DNA from: Octopus vulgaris
Taxonomy: Eukaryota
Direction: 5' to 3'
Assembly: GCA_951406725.2 (NCBI GenBank)
Contig: OX597816.1
Coordinates: forward strand, 89,528,001-89,592,000
Length of the DNA stretch: 64,000 nucleotides
Shown here: piece after piece, positions 52,953 through 64,000 of the stretch
Position numbering within the stretch: the stretch's first letter is position 1
How the letters are laid out: each line of letters starts with the position of its first letter
Notes under the pieces: generated by a model
The model's database searches: none
What the model saw: only the letters and a program-made list of their open reading frames with translations
Told to the model about the DNA's origin: nothing
Translations under genes and position numbers: made by a program

Positions 52953-53084
52953 TATAATGTACCATCTTAAAGAAGCGGAGATCTGATGTTGGCTATATAT
53001 AGAGAGAGATTTAATGTTGGTGATATATATACATATATATATTGCGAACATTAAATGTCCGCTTCATTAGGATGGTAGATTATA
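52953..53084. repeat. Diverged ~40-bp inverted repeat around a TA-rich spacer, each arm a hammerhead 5' half
   Basis: Arms 52953-52993 and 53044-53084. The right arm on the minus strand reads CCATC-CTAATGA-A-GCGGACAT-tta-ATGTTCGC. Confidence 0.7.
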
Positions 53085-53639
53085 GTTTTGCTCCCACATT
53101 AATTCACAAGGTTCCAGGGAATGCATGTTATATTTAGCGCAAGTGACCTAAGGGTTACACCAGCTTATTCAACCGAGAACCGATGGGCAAGCCAGAGACC
53201 CTATACATAAGCACTCAAGATGCAGGAAATAGCAGCCAAAATGCTCTTTTAAAATACACTCCACCATAATAGAAATGGGAAGAACACATCAGCGAATCCA
53301 TAAATGACAGAACGGTCATGTCTGGAATGCCTCTACTCATAAAGCCACTCAATCAGTTTTTTCATTAGGCTAAACAACAACCGACAATTGGGTAAATATA
53401 GTTTATCAAAGTGCTATGTCGCCTACTGCGTTGAACTATCACCCTGCAGTCTGCCATAGTGTACAGAGTATGGTAAATCATCATTGAATGTCAGATTGTG
53501 ATGTATGGTACTCGGTTAGGCAAAAGTATTATGTAAGTGAAAACACAGACTCCTATAGGTCTCTCCGAATAAGGCTGACCTGATTCTAAACAGTAACAAC
53601 TACATTCCCTCTATTTATCTGACAAAATCTTCAGACTTG

Positions 53640-54900
53640 AACTTTGTAAATGGTGACACTTACTCTCATACATAACTTGTTCATGGCTCTATGTAGTAAT
53701 ATAAGCCGTTGTGAAACTTTGGCACATACAATGTAGATGTGTTCTGTCCATCTCACCTTGTTGTTTATAGTTACACCTAGAATCTCAAGCTTCTTTTTTT
53801 ATTCCCAAGCTGTAATTCAAGGTTTGGTGGGCATTTTTGTTTTTGTTTTGTTTTGTTTTGTTTTTTGTTTTGTTTTGTTGAATCCGTCGCTTTTTACTCT
53901 CATAGCTCAAACATTACTTTCCAATCATCTGTCGATTTTTCATCCTAACAATAGCTGTTAATTTAGCTTCTGCAAGGTCGTTTTCTCTTGCTCGTGTTTT
54001 CTGATGCAGTTATCAGCATACACGTACAACAAGCTATTACTGACGTTATCTAGAATATCTATAAAAACTATTAATAAAAGTTGCCTGTATATTGATTTAT
54101 ATAGAATTTACGCATTGATATGTAACAAATCAGAGGATTAAAATGGTTATCTCTGATGGATCTCCTATTAAGATATATTCGAAGCATCCTTAGCAGTTCT
54201 TTACGTAGTGTAGATTCCATTATACCACATTCTGTCAATGTTTCTTTTGATACTCCAATAGCATTTATTTCTTGACTCACGTCTAAATATTTATTTGATG
54301 TTAGGAATTACCTTCTAGAAATGAGTTCATTTTTCAAGTCGATTAGCAGTTATTTATTAATTGGTGATAAATTTGCTGATGATGTTCGGTAATGTTAATG
54401 ATCGGTTGTTTACTAGATTAGATCTGGATTTTCTCTGGTATATAGGACTTCTTTGAGTGTTTTTCTATTAGTTTAGAAATTCGCTGCAAATATAGCAGAG
54501 GTTAAATTGATGATACAGAGTTGAGACTGGTTTATTTCAGCATTCTTCCAAATATTGTTCTAGAAGTTGATCAACAATGTTAGGTGTATCAGATTTGGCT
54601 TCTTGTAATATTTCCATAATATTTATTGTTTTTAAGATCAAGTTGTTTCGCTGTACCAGAAGATTATTTAATACTCGGTGATTGTTCATCTTTATTTGGT
54701 GTGCAACTCTAATTATATGATTTCCGTCCTTAACAGAAGAAACACACACTCAGGAAAGACAATACATTCGCAGACAAATGTAGTCCGTTTGATCCCATTA
54801 GTAAGCAGTTTATAGTACAATTGGACTAGTAGCTAACCATAACGACAATATATTACTTCTCTACCACATAAATAATGGAGAAATTATCACCAATAGAAAG
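53640..54900 (-). mobile_element. Decayed CR1/L2-group LINE RT remnant
   Basis: Minus strand gives LYVYADNC (~54005-54030, compare YADD) downstream of an LDVS-like motif. Heavily disrupted. Confidence 0.45.
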
Positions 54901-57351
54901 ATCATTCTCACAAACCTTCTCTAGCCATAATATTGAAGAATAAAGCAATGTACGGTTGAAATGAAGTCGCAACATATCACCCCATAAAAGTATCCCAACA
55001 TTGTCTAATTAGAATTTCTACACTGCTCAAAAGAATTTAATTAAGAAATATATATAATACAAGTCAGTGACAGTAAAGAACGACGACATTCAGAAAATAT
55101 ATCTAGAGACAAAAATATTTGTTTAAACGAAGAACAGAAGTCTCAAATTGGTTAAATGAACAAATAAATAGAGAAGAACACTGCGAAAAATGTCACTCAG
55201 AGGTCTTCAAGTTAAAAGATACTTAATTGAAAATGAAAGTTAGAAACGAAAACTGAACAGTAGAAATCGAATACCCTTTCTAAAGTCTTCTGTAATTTCT
55301 CAAAGGAAACGGGTTTATGCGCACCACAAAATTATATTATTTTCTGACGTACATAATCACTTTCTGAACAATTTATATAATTCAGTTAGTGTAATCTGAG
55401 TTATATATTTACCGCAATGTAATTAACGCAGTAAATATATAAACCTGGGTAAATTACAAAAACAGAGAGGAATATACATGGATCATCAATGTCGGTAAAC
55501 CTATGTTCAAAGTAAATGAACAGAAATTGTCAAGATAACTGGAAGGAGAAAAGAAAAGTTATAAGGGAAAATATGTTTATCGAAGAAGTATAATTTAGTT
55601 GAGCCTCTTCTTTCATAGAAAAATGCATTGACTTTGTAGTCATATTCAAGAGAGAAATATTTGAAGTAATGTGGTAGGCAAGATGCAGTATCAGGTCGCT
55701 AGAAAAGAAGCTAGATGTCAAGTATATATGACAAGGAGAGAAGCTAAATCTAAGAGACTTATCATTGTTCTGAGCTGAGAAAATCAGAGAGATGAAGTGT
55801 TCTATATTATGGATCATTATACCAATGTGAATCTGAAGATAGACTTTGTAAAATGTAAAAAATCTGAAAAAGCAGGAAGTCCACTAAGATTAGTTGTCTA
55901 GATGTTGAAAATATCTAATACAGTAGGATGCATGCAATTCACTCATCTACGTATCAAGCATTGCAGAAACATATATCTGATGACTATAGTGATATCAGAA
56001 TCGTCAACTTATATACAGACAAATTCTTTGAAAACAAATAATGACAACGACATTAAATTGATGCAGTAAATCATGAATGTGTTGAGGAAGACTGGGACAT
56101 ATAAGAGTGAGAATTAGTTTAGTTGGACATTGATGCAATCTTTTTAGTGAGACAACCTAGAAGTTTTTAAACAAGAGCAAAACTATACATCTTGTATTTA
56201 TTGATCTGAAAAAAAGTTGTGACAGATTTAGAAATGATTAGCTTTTGAGAGCTGTACAAGCTATTAGCAAAGTAAGCGTTAACAACGAATTCAATGAAGA
56301 ATTTAGTATGAATGAGAATCTTTAAGCTTTCCTGTTTATTTTCAGACAATAACTTAAGAGATCAAAACCGACCTTTCATGGGAACAACGGTTTGGTACTT
56401 AACAGCTGAATTAGTAACCTGCATGCTCAGAAGAGTACAAGTCATTATAGTACTAGCAGAAAAATATAGAACGAGAAGACACAATCTATGGGGCTGAATA
56501 CTATATTCGAGTGTATAGTGGGAGCCTAGTTCTAATCATGAGTAGTTTTTGATGATTGACCTCAAACAAGCTCTGTAGAGAATCAGTAAATATTCAGAGC
56601 TGAAGAGTTTGTTCTTTCTAGCCTGAAGAACAAGGTTAGTTTGTAGCATGCAGATTTAGGTATATGATGAATGTGAGGTCGCCAAACGATATTATTTTAA
56701 GTGATGGTGAGGCCTAACACATGTAATGATTCTGAGGGCTTTAGTTGCATGTTACCCTAGATTTTTTTCCACGATTTCAACAATGATTGTGTATTTTGTG
56801 TTGTGTATGTTGATATTTGCGAATACTTTTGAGGCATTTTTTCACAGATGTTGCACATGTCGAACACTGAATATAAAGGTTGCATCTGACTAACGCCTGT
56901 AGGCAGGCTAACAAGAAATAGGTTAGAGGCGACTGCACGTAATTTAGGGAATGCAAAGGAAGAGTATTAGAAACATAACCGTCCCTTGGATCACGCAAAA
57001 ATTAATACAGCGTGAGTCTGAAAGAGAGCATAAACAGCGTACGCTGTGATCTGAAAGGGAGTTTTCTAATCCGAGATATTGTGAAATAAACCGATCCCAA
57101 CAGCTGAGTACAAATTTCATCTACTTTAACAGGATAAAAAATGAAGTTGATACAAACCAGATTTGAAATTCAAATATCACAGCCGACGACATAAGCTTCT
57201 TAACATTTACTAGATATGAGACTGTGAGTCTATGGTACAATTTAAGTAGCCTCATGTTCTCGGGTTTAATTATAAACTTGAAAAGCTTTTAAACTTCATG
57301 TATAAACAATTCCACGACTGTTAAGAAACCCAATTACAAATAATTACAAAT

Positions 57352-57444
<93 letters not shown>

Positions 57445-57492
57445 CAGACACATATATATATATACACACACACACACACATACACACACACA

Positions 57493-57602
57493 ATTGCAGC
57501 ATAGGTGTTTATAAGCCATTTAAAAACAAACACAAAAACCGTTAGATTAACTTCAACGTTTAAATTTAATGGTCACTTGCTTGCTATGCAAGTACATCTC
57601 CG
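57493..57602. mobile_element. Internally deleted relative of the 17.7 kb fold-back element
   Basis: AATTGCAGCAT..GGTGTTT.TAAGCCATTTAA...CTTCAAC.TTTAA.TTTAAT is joined directly to the ...CTATGCAAGTACATCTCC tail, between (CA)n and (TA)n. Confidence 0.75.
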
Positions 57603-57648
<46 letters not shown>

Positions 57649-59362
57649 CCCCGAATAACAATATACGAAAAGGATATTAAAAACAAATGAAATATAAAAC
57701 TGCGTTCTTCCGAAATGAAGCGATTAACATATCGATTGCATCTACTAGCGGGAAAAAATCAAGGGACGTAACTCTTTAAAACGTTTAGCAAGTTATTTCC
57801 CCTCATAGAAGACCACTTCCTATTGTAGAATATTTTGTAATTTACTTTTAGGGAAGAAGATTTTACCGTTGAAAGCACTCGCGAGTATGTGTATGTTTTT
57901 TTTTTGTATTTTTTTTTGCGTATGTATGTGAAGAATTAAAAGATGTTGATAACACATTAATAGCATGTAACGGCGGTATACGCACATACACATATACACA
58001 CACAAACATATACGACAACGGTACTTATTTTTTTCTAAACCGGCTAAATATTCTATCGGACGTTTTTTGCCGAACCGCTATGTTACGCGACATAAACACC
58101 ACTGATTGTCAAGTGGTGGGAAAATGTTCAAACACATATATGCATACACACATATATACATGGAAACATGTAGCTGAGAAGTAAGCTTCTTGCCATACAG
58201 CCACAATGAGCTACCACACCAACATTTGGGAGAATGTTCTTGCTACGCATATCTGTTCTGGTCCACATGCAGAAAAAAGCCACTCAGCTTACTGGTATAT
58301 CAAACCACTAGCGAACACACAAGCGCGTTGTCTGCTGCCTGTGACTTAGTGGCTTTTCTGTCCCTATAATAATGGTCAGTGCACCTCCACCACTCAGGTA
58401 CTCTGACCAACACGTCTCTGCTTCTCGTTACTCTTGATGCATCTCACAACCCATTCCCGTCCACGTTAACCATGGTGTCTAGCACATCCTTTCAAGATCC
58501 TCTAGGATCGTCTTTTTGTACATATCTTCCTAGCAGGTGTTGACCTGCAATGGCTCAAAGGTTTAAACGAAACATTAACAACATCGAGCTCACCGATATC
58601 AAAAGGCTTGCAACAATCATGAGCTCTGGTCCTTTCTCCAGAAACTGTTAGTAAAAAAGAAATATGCTGCTTGTGTATTTATCATTATTAATTATTAATG
58701 CTTCCTCCGACAAACACAAGGTAGGCAAATCAATGTAGCTGTCACTGCAAACTCCTAGTTTACGCTTGGCTTAAATAGTTATTTGTTATAAGTTCTCTTC
58801 ATGTGCAAAGAGATGAGAGGAGAGATACTTGTCTGTGAAACATGTCAAGGTAATTTCCTTTGCTTTTTGTGTGTTCAAAGAGAATAACAAGATATAGTGA
58901 CTTCTTTTTTAATATTCTACAGAAAAAGTCTAAAACTGTAGTTTAGCTAATCTCAATTTATCTTACGTTTTCTACAGCACACTGTATTACGAATAGACAT
59001 TAAATAACTATTTAATTACTCCGCCGACAAACGTACAGTATGCAAATTAGTTGTGCCATTACAGCCAAGCTCTAAATAGTAATTTCTTATCAGCTCTCTT
59101 TGTGAACTGTGAAATAAGAGTTATGCTTTTGTAATGGGCTAGAATAATTTCGTAGCATATATGTTGCTTATATTTTCAAGGGGCATACAGAAAGAAACAA
59201 TCGGAAGGTCGTGGATGTGCTAAACTTCAATTTGCGTAATTATTTTAGGATTTCAAACTTATTTAACACGCATCTACTTTCACTTTCCTTGTGCGTCGTC
59301 TTTTCTATATTCCATCTCCTCTACAGTACTTTGCCGTTTGTTCCACTCTCCTATTTCGACGA

Positions 59363-59535
59363 ACTGGCAGAATCCTTAGCACGTCGTACAGAATGCTAAG
59401 TAGCATTTCTTCCGACTCATTACGATGTGAGTTCAAATTCCGCCGAGGTCGGCTTTGCCTTTCATTTTTGGAGCACTTGGGTCAATGTAATTGGATAGGC
59501 CCCTCCCTCAAAATTTCAATTCCTGTGCCTATAAT
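59363..59535 (+). mobile_element. tRNA-derived SINE
   Basis: CTGGCAGAATCCTTAGCAC...GAGTTCAAATTCCGCCGAGGTCGGCTTTGCCTTTCAT. Confidence 0.75.
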
Positions 59536-59552
59536 ATAAAGAATTGTTATTA

Positions 59553-60265
59553 AGTCTTTGGCATGGCAGTGTTACATAGGGGCATTACCTGTTCGAGACA
59601 AGCTTTTCAGGTATAGACCTTCCAACAGCAGAACCTGCCCGTGATGCTTGCAGAGGGCCGAACCCGTCCTGCATGCAATAATTCAGTGTCCGTGCATTAG
59701 AAAGTTGTGAGTTTGTGTGAAACAGCTGTTATCGCGTGTAAGATAAATTCAGCTGTCTGTCGAGTGCATAGTGAAGATCGACGCACAACTTTTCCTTAGC
59801 AGAGAAGGAAGGCAGATCTTTCTCTGCTTAGTGTCTGTGGTAAAAGAGGTTGTGTGATGGACCTGTCTTAAAGATTTGAAGACAGGCAATTTCCTATCTA
59901 GCCAAGCCCTCATCAATTTCTTCGAATATCATTTGAAGAGGAAGGTGAGAGTAGAGAGGGTGGTGCTGCCTTTTAGTGTGTTTATCAAAAGGTGGTCGAC
60001 AGTGGCAATACTGGTGAGACTGAATAGATCTACTCTAAATATGCTTTTCTAAACGGGAGGAAAGAACCTGAAAGAGGGCATTTTCCCAAGCCTTGGAGAT
60101 GGCAGAATAATCCAGGATTTTCGTGTGAGTTTACTCCGGATTACCCAAGTGGACTGCCCCATTGGGAATTCTATTTATTTATTATTTATTTCCCTACGTT
60201 CTATTATATATCCTCCGTTGCATCCTTTGTAGTAATATCTCCCCTTGGTTGATGTTAACCCCACA
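59553..60265 (+). mobile_element. Tx1/L1-type LINE 3' end (zf-RVT region plus 3' UTR)
   Basis: SLAWQCYIGALPVRDKLFRY...TCP*CLQRAEPVLHAIIQCP is a CxxC...H...C zf-RVT motif. Later KEVV*WTCLK. Confidence 0.8.
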
Positions 60266-60347
60266 AGTTTTTGTAGTCTTTTACTTTGTTGTTGTTGTTG
60301 TTGTGTGTGTGTGTGTGTGTGTGTGTGCGTGCGTGCGTGTGTGCGTG

Positions 60348-60481
<134 letters not shown>

Positions 60482-61884
60482 AACTCGTCCTTCTATATTG
60501 TCTTTCATGCCTTGGGCCCTTGTGCCCAATAGAATTATCATTATTATTGTTGCTGTTGTTATAACAACTATCTTATGATAACAAAAGTTTGAGTGAATGA
60601 CTTGAGCGTGGACCGACAGAATGAGTAAACCGTTGAAGAAGACTATGGCAAAGAAGACTTAGCTTGTTATCCTCTTAGTTTCAATGGAATATAGTTCCAA
60701 TCAGTCACTGGATACAACATAGTTGATTATAGTCCGCTTAAAATAAGGTACCTTACATATGCGGCACAAATCAATATTTAGATAGTCGCGTATCCTCACT
60801 CCAAATGATAGGGTGAGAACATTCACTAGTCATGAATAACTTATGACTAATATTTAAAAGACTTCACTATAATATTTGTGTACAATTCTTTTCTACTTCA
60901 CTTACGTCACTAAAATACCGGCCAATTGGTCTAAATGTCGCGATTCATTTGAACCAATGGCCTTAGATGTTCAGAATTTCAATATACGACACTATGTGAA
61001 AAGCAAATCTAAGAATATATCTATCAGATCTGGAAAATAACTTAAAGACAAATCCCAAATGGTATAACTGTACATGAGAAATTGAAGAATAGGGTGCCAT
61101 TCCAGATTTGAGAGACTGAAATAAATTAAAAGCTTTCATCTAACTCCAGATAAGTGCATGAAACTAATCGAATATTACTATTCAAGGGAAATTACTCTCC
61201 AAAACCTTTAGAGTAACTTCCCTTGACACAAAAACAATAACGTTATATAAATATTTAAATACTTTTTGTAGTACTATAGGTATTTCTACACTTAATTAGC
61301 GGGAGAGTACAGTATCCAGTCCAACATTGCATTATATCATTTTAAATTACGAATTAGTTGACCTCCTTTGGTGAGAACTAGTGATTTTTAAAAAATTACT
61401 TCGATGATACACTGGTGCACGTTGAGAAGATCGCTTGGCAAAATCGCGTGGTTCTGGATTAATCTTTTCAGCACGGTCCATGGCAATTTAGTTCAGCGCC
61501 TTCATTCAGGCGGCGAATCGTTAAAGCGTGAAATAAAGTGCCTTGTAGTATTTGCCCCGTCTCTCTACGCCTGAAGTTTGAATCCCACCGAGGTGAATTA
61601 CTGGAGTCGGATGAGAATGCCTCGTAGGATTTGTTCTAGCTTTTGCATTCCAAGTTCTTCAGTGAAGATCAAATCCATCAGTCGGTTACACAATATTGAT
61701 AATGGTTCCTTAGTATGATTTAAATCAAATTTGCTGAATTATTGAAAGAATAATATTATATAATCCCACAAAGAACCTAATTTAAGTGAAATAAAAAGTA
61801 ACTTAAGAAAGCATATAGAAAGTTTGTTTACATATAAAAAAAAACACGAACTATTATAGTTCTTAAATTTGACAGGAAAAGGGA

Positions 61885-61963
61885 GGCTGATTCGCTGGTG
61901 TAAAGGTAACACACTTAGGGAAGAGGGTTCGACTCCCCTGCGGATAGGAAAGCCTTCTTTTTT
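61885..61963 (+). ncRNA. Candidate Pol III small RNA (tRNA-like or vault-RNA-like)
   Basis: GGCTG start, box A TGGTGTAAAGG (61896), D-like arm GTGT/ACAC, box B GGTTCGACTCC (61926), closing AGCC and a T6 run (61958-63). No normal anticodon arm. Confidence 0.5.
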
Positions 61964-63111
61964 CTGTCGCGGGCTTATATGCCCCTTTATTAGACTAACG
62001 GTGATCGCCATAAACTTTAAGCTTGAATAAAAATACCATTATTATTATTATTTACAGGATTGTAAAAACGGCGCCGTATAAAAAAAAAACAATCGCACTA
62101 AAATTATATATATACATATATATATATATAAGTGAATTTGGAGAGATATATTATCCTGGCAGATACCGTATTAGCTCTCAGTTAAGTTCAAGTTAACGAC
62201 TAACCACAACCATAAGTATTTAACGTCTGTGGCCACAATTTGTTGTAAGTCAATCCGTGATTTCTTCCGGTGGGTAATTCCGTGTACTTTTCGCTGGGCA
62301 GTAAAAATTGTCTCGAGTATATATTAATATTAATCATAAAGCGTATGGAAACTTGTACATCCACAAAACTTATTTTATAATTATATACACCATATTATAA
62401 TGACCTACACGTGTTTGTGCTGCAGCGGAAACATACATACATATATGTAATTAAATTAATTGGACATTGAGTTGAAAGGTTTACTACGAATCAACAAATG
62501 TATCCAATGTAATATAATTGCCAGCAATATGACTGAAGCTGTTTGTATAGACATTTTTATAGCTAAAAGCTGAATCAAAATTAGCATACTTGCTTAAGTA
62601 TGTTAATTACTGATATGACAAGTGAAACACGTCTGGTTTAGAGCGCCCTCCCTAACATAGAGTATGATATAGTACTCTCACTGGTATACTTAGAAATGAT
62701 GGTTTGCATATATAGTATATTTGATAAACTAAAAAGGAAAAAGATGGTATTCAGTATGATTAAACTACTGCACTATAGCCATAGCAATGCAGTTTAAAAT
62801 GTCTGAATGCTTCGAGCTTCCATATTATTAACCATGACTTAAGAAAAAAATTTAATTGTCATATGCCCATCGTAATTGGTGTATAGATATTGCAAGGGAT
62901 TTGGACCTTAAAAACGTGGTGATAGCATATGCTAAAAATAGCAGCCATGTATACATCAAAACACAGATTAAATTTCATAAAGAACACATTCAAGGTATGG
63001 TTTTGACCATGCCTGCTCTGTCACAGACGACCATACCCAAACAAAAGCAATAAGAATAAGTTTAAAGCCAAAGTTTGCTTGCTAATATATTTTATTTAAG
63101 AACGTTATTAT

Positions 63112-63152
<41 letters not shown>

Positions 63153-64000
63153 TTATATACAAGCCTATATATTATGTATGCGCGTGTGTGGGTATATGTA
63201 TTGAAATATTATTATGAGTATATGTTGTTAAACTTTTTCAATAATCGTTAGAGAAGAAGTCATGTCCCGAAGAAAACAGCTTGCGTCAATTAACAGCCTT
63301 AGTCATTTTCGGAATTTCATCCAACATTACTGCAAAAAACAAAAGTAAATATTTATATTACTGGAGTGTTAACAGTGCACAGATTAGACTGTACTACAAA
63401 ATAATATTTAGATCTTAGCCAACATTGTATGCGTAGATGGTTGCAAACTGCTTGTCTTTATATCCAGTGTTTTAATAGACAGAAAAAGAATAACTAGCCG
63501 GGCTGTGCTGAACCCTGAGGTAGGATTTTATCAGTGACTAATATTCCCCTAAAATGCACACGGTGACGCTGTTTATGAAGCCACTATAACTGATGACGTG
63601 TCCTCAGCAGGTGTTTCGGTTAACATAGGTGCGTTATTATGATGTCATATTGGAATAAAGAATATATTTTATAGGTCTTATTCAACAGTGCTTATGCCAG
63701 TCACTTGTCCTTTATGGATGTAACAACCTCTATTTGTAATGATAGTTTCCCAATCCAAATACATCAGGTGCTAGAGCATAACATACCGGACCTAGTGGTG
63801 GTGGACAAGGTGCACCACATATGCTATATATATATAGCTGACGTTGCATGCCCCTTTAACCTACGAATAGTCAAGAAAGAAAGCAAAAATATACTTAAGA
63901 GGGTTGTATCTTAAGTACGGAATTCATAATAATAAGGTAATAGTGAAGCAAGTTTATTAAAAGCTGCTAGAGTCACAGCAAGACATAGAGAAACCAAAAA

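Noticed and set aside
50057-53084. CRISPR-like repeat-spacer appearance
   Set aside because: The repeats are variable-length microsatellites, the spacers are up to several hundred bp of mobile elements, the context is eukaryotic, and there are no cas genes.
55270-56500. Possible LINE endonuclease remnant (also 32200-34100)
   Set aside because: A-rich and coding-like, but I could not read a diagnostic motif with confidence.

Overview
AT-rich, microsatellite-dense eukaryotic intergenic or intronic DNA. The SINE motifs and repeat make-up suggest an octopus genome; this is my inference, not a database match. I found no credible host protein-coding gene, and nearly all ORF-track entries are translations of (TA)n, (CA)n, (TATG)n or (GATA)n. 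Recognisable mobile DNA includes a near-full-length but decayed Neptune-type Penelope-like element (PLE; RT, Cys linker and GIY-YIG, 46.9-50.1 kb) and a second PLE fragment. There are also RTE, Dong/R4, Tx1/L1 and CR1-like LINE remnants, Helitron pieces, Tc1/mariner/pogo fragments and MITEs, and many tRNA-derived SINEs. The main finding is a set of short, non-coding, mostly mutually unrelated elements inserted in (TA)n tracts. They carry minimal type I hammerhead ribozymes (CUGANGA-stem II-GAAA-palindromic stem III-NUH), with more than ten full or partial motifs in the window. Many form fold-back or tandem-plus-inverted structures whose breakpoints often fall inside the ribozyme, and they stack densely next to the Neptune element at 50-53 kb. 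Also notable are a tRNA-headed SINE with a hammerhead tail (36.3-36.5 kb) and an ~80-nt vault-RNA/tRNA-like Pol III unit (61.9 kb). All structures were read by eye, and element boundaries are approximate unless stated.
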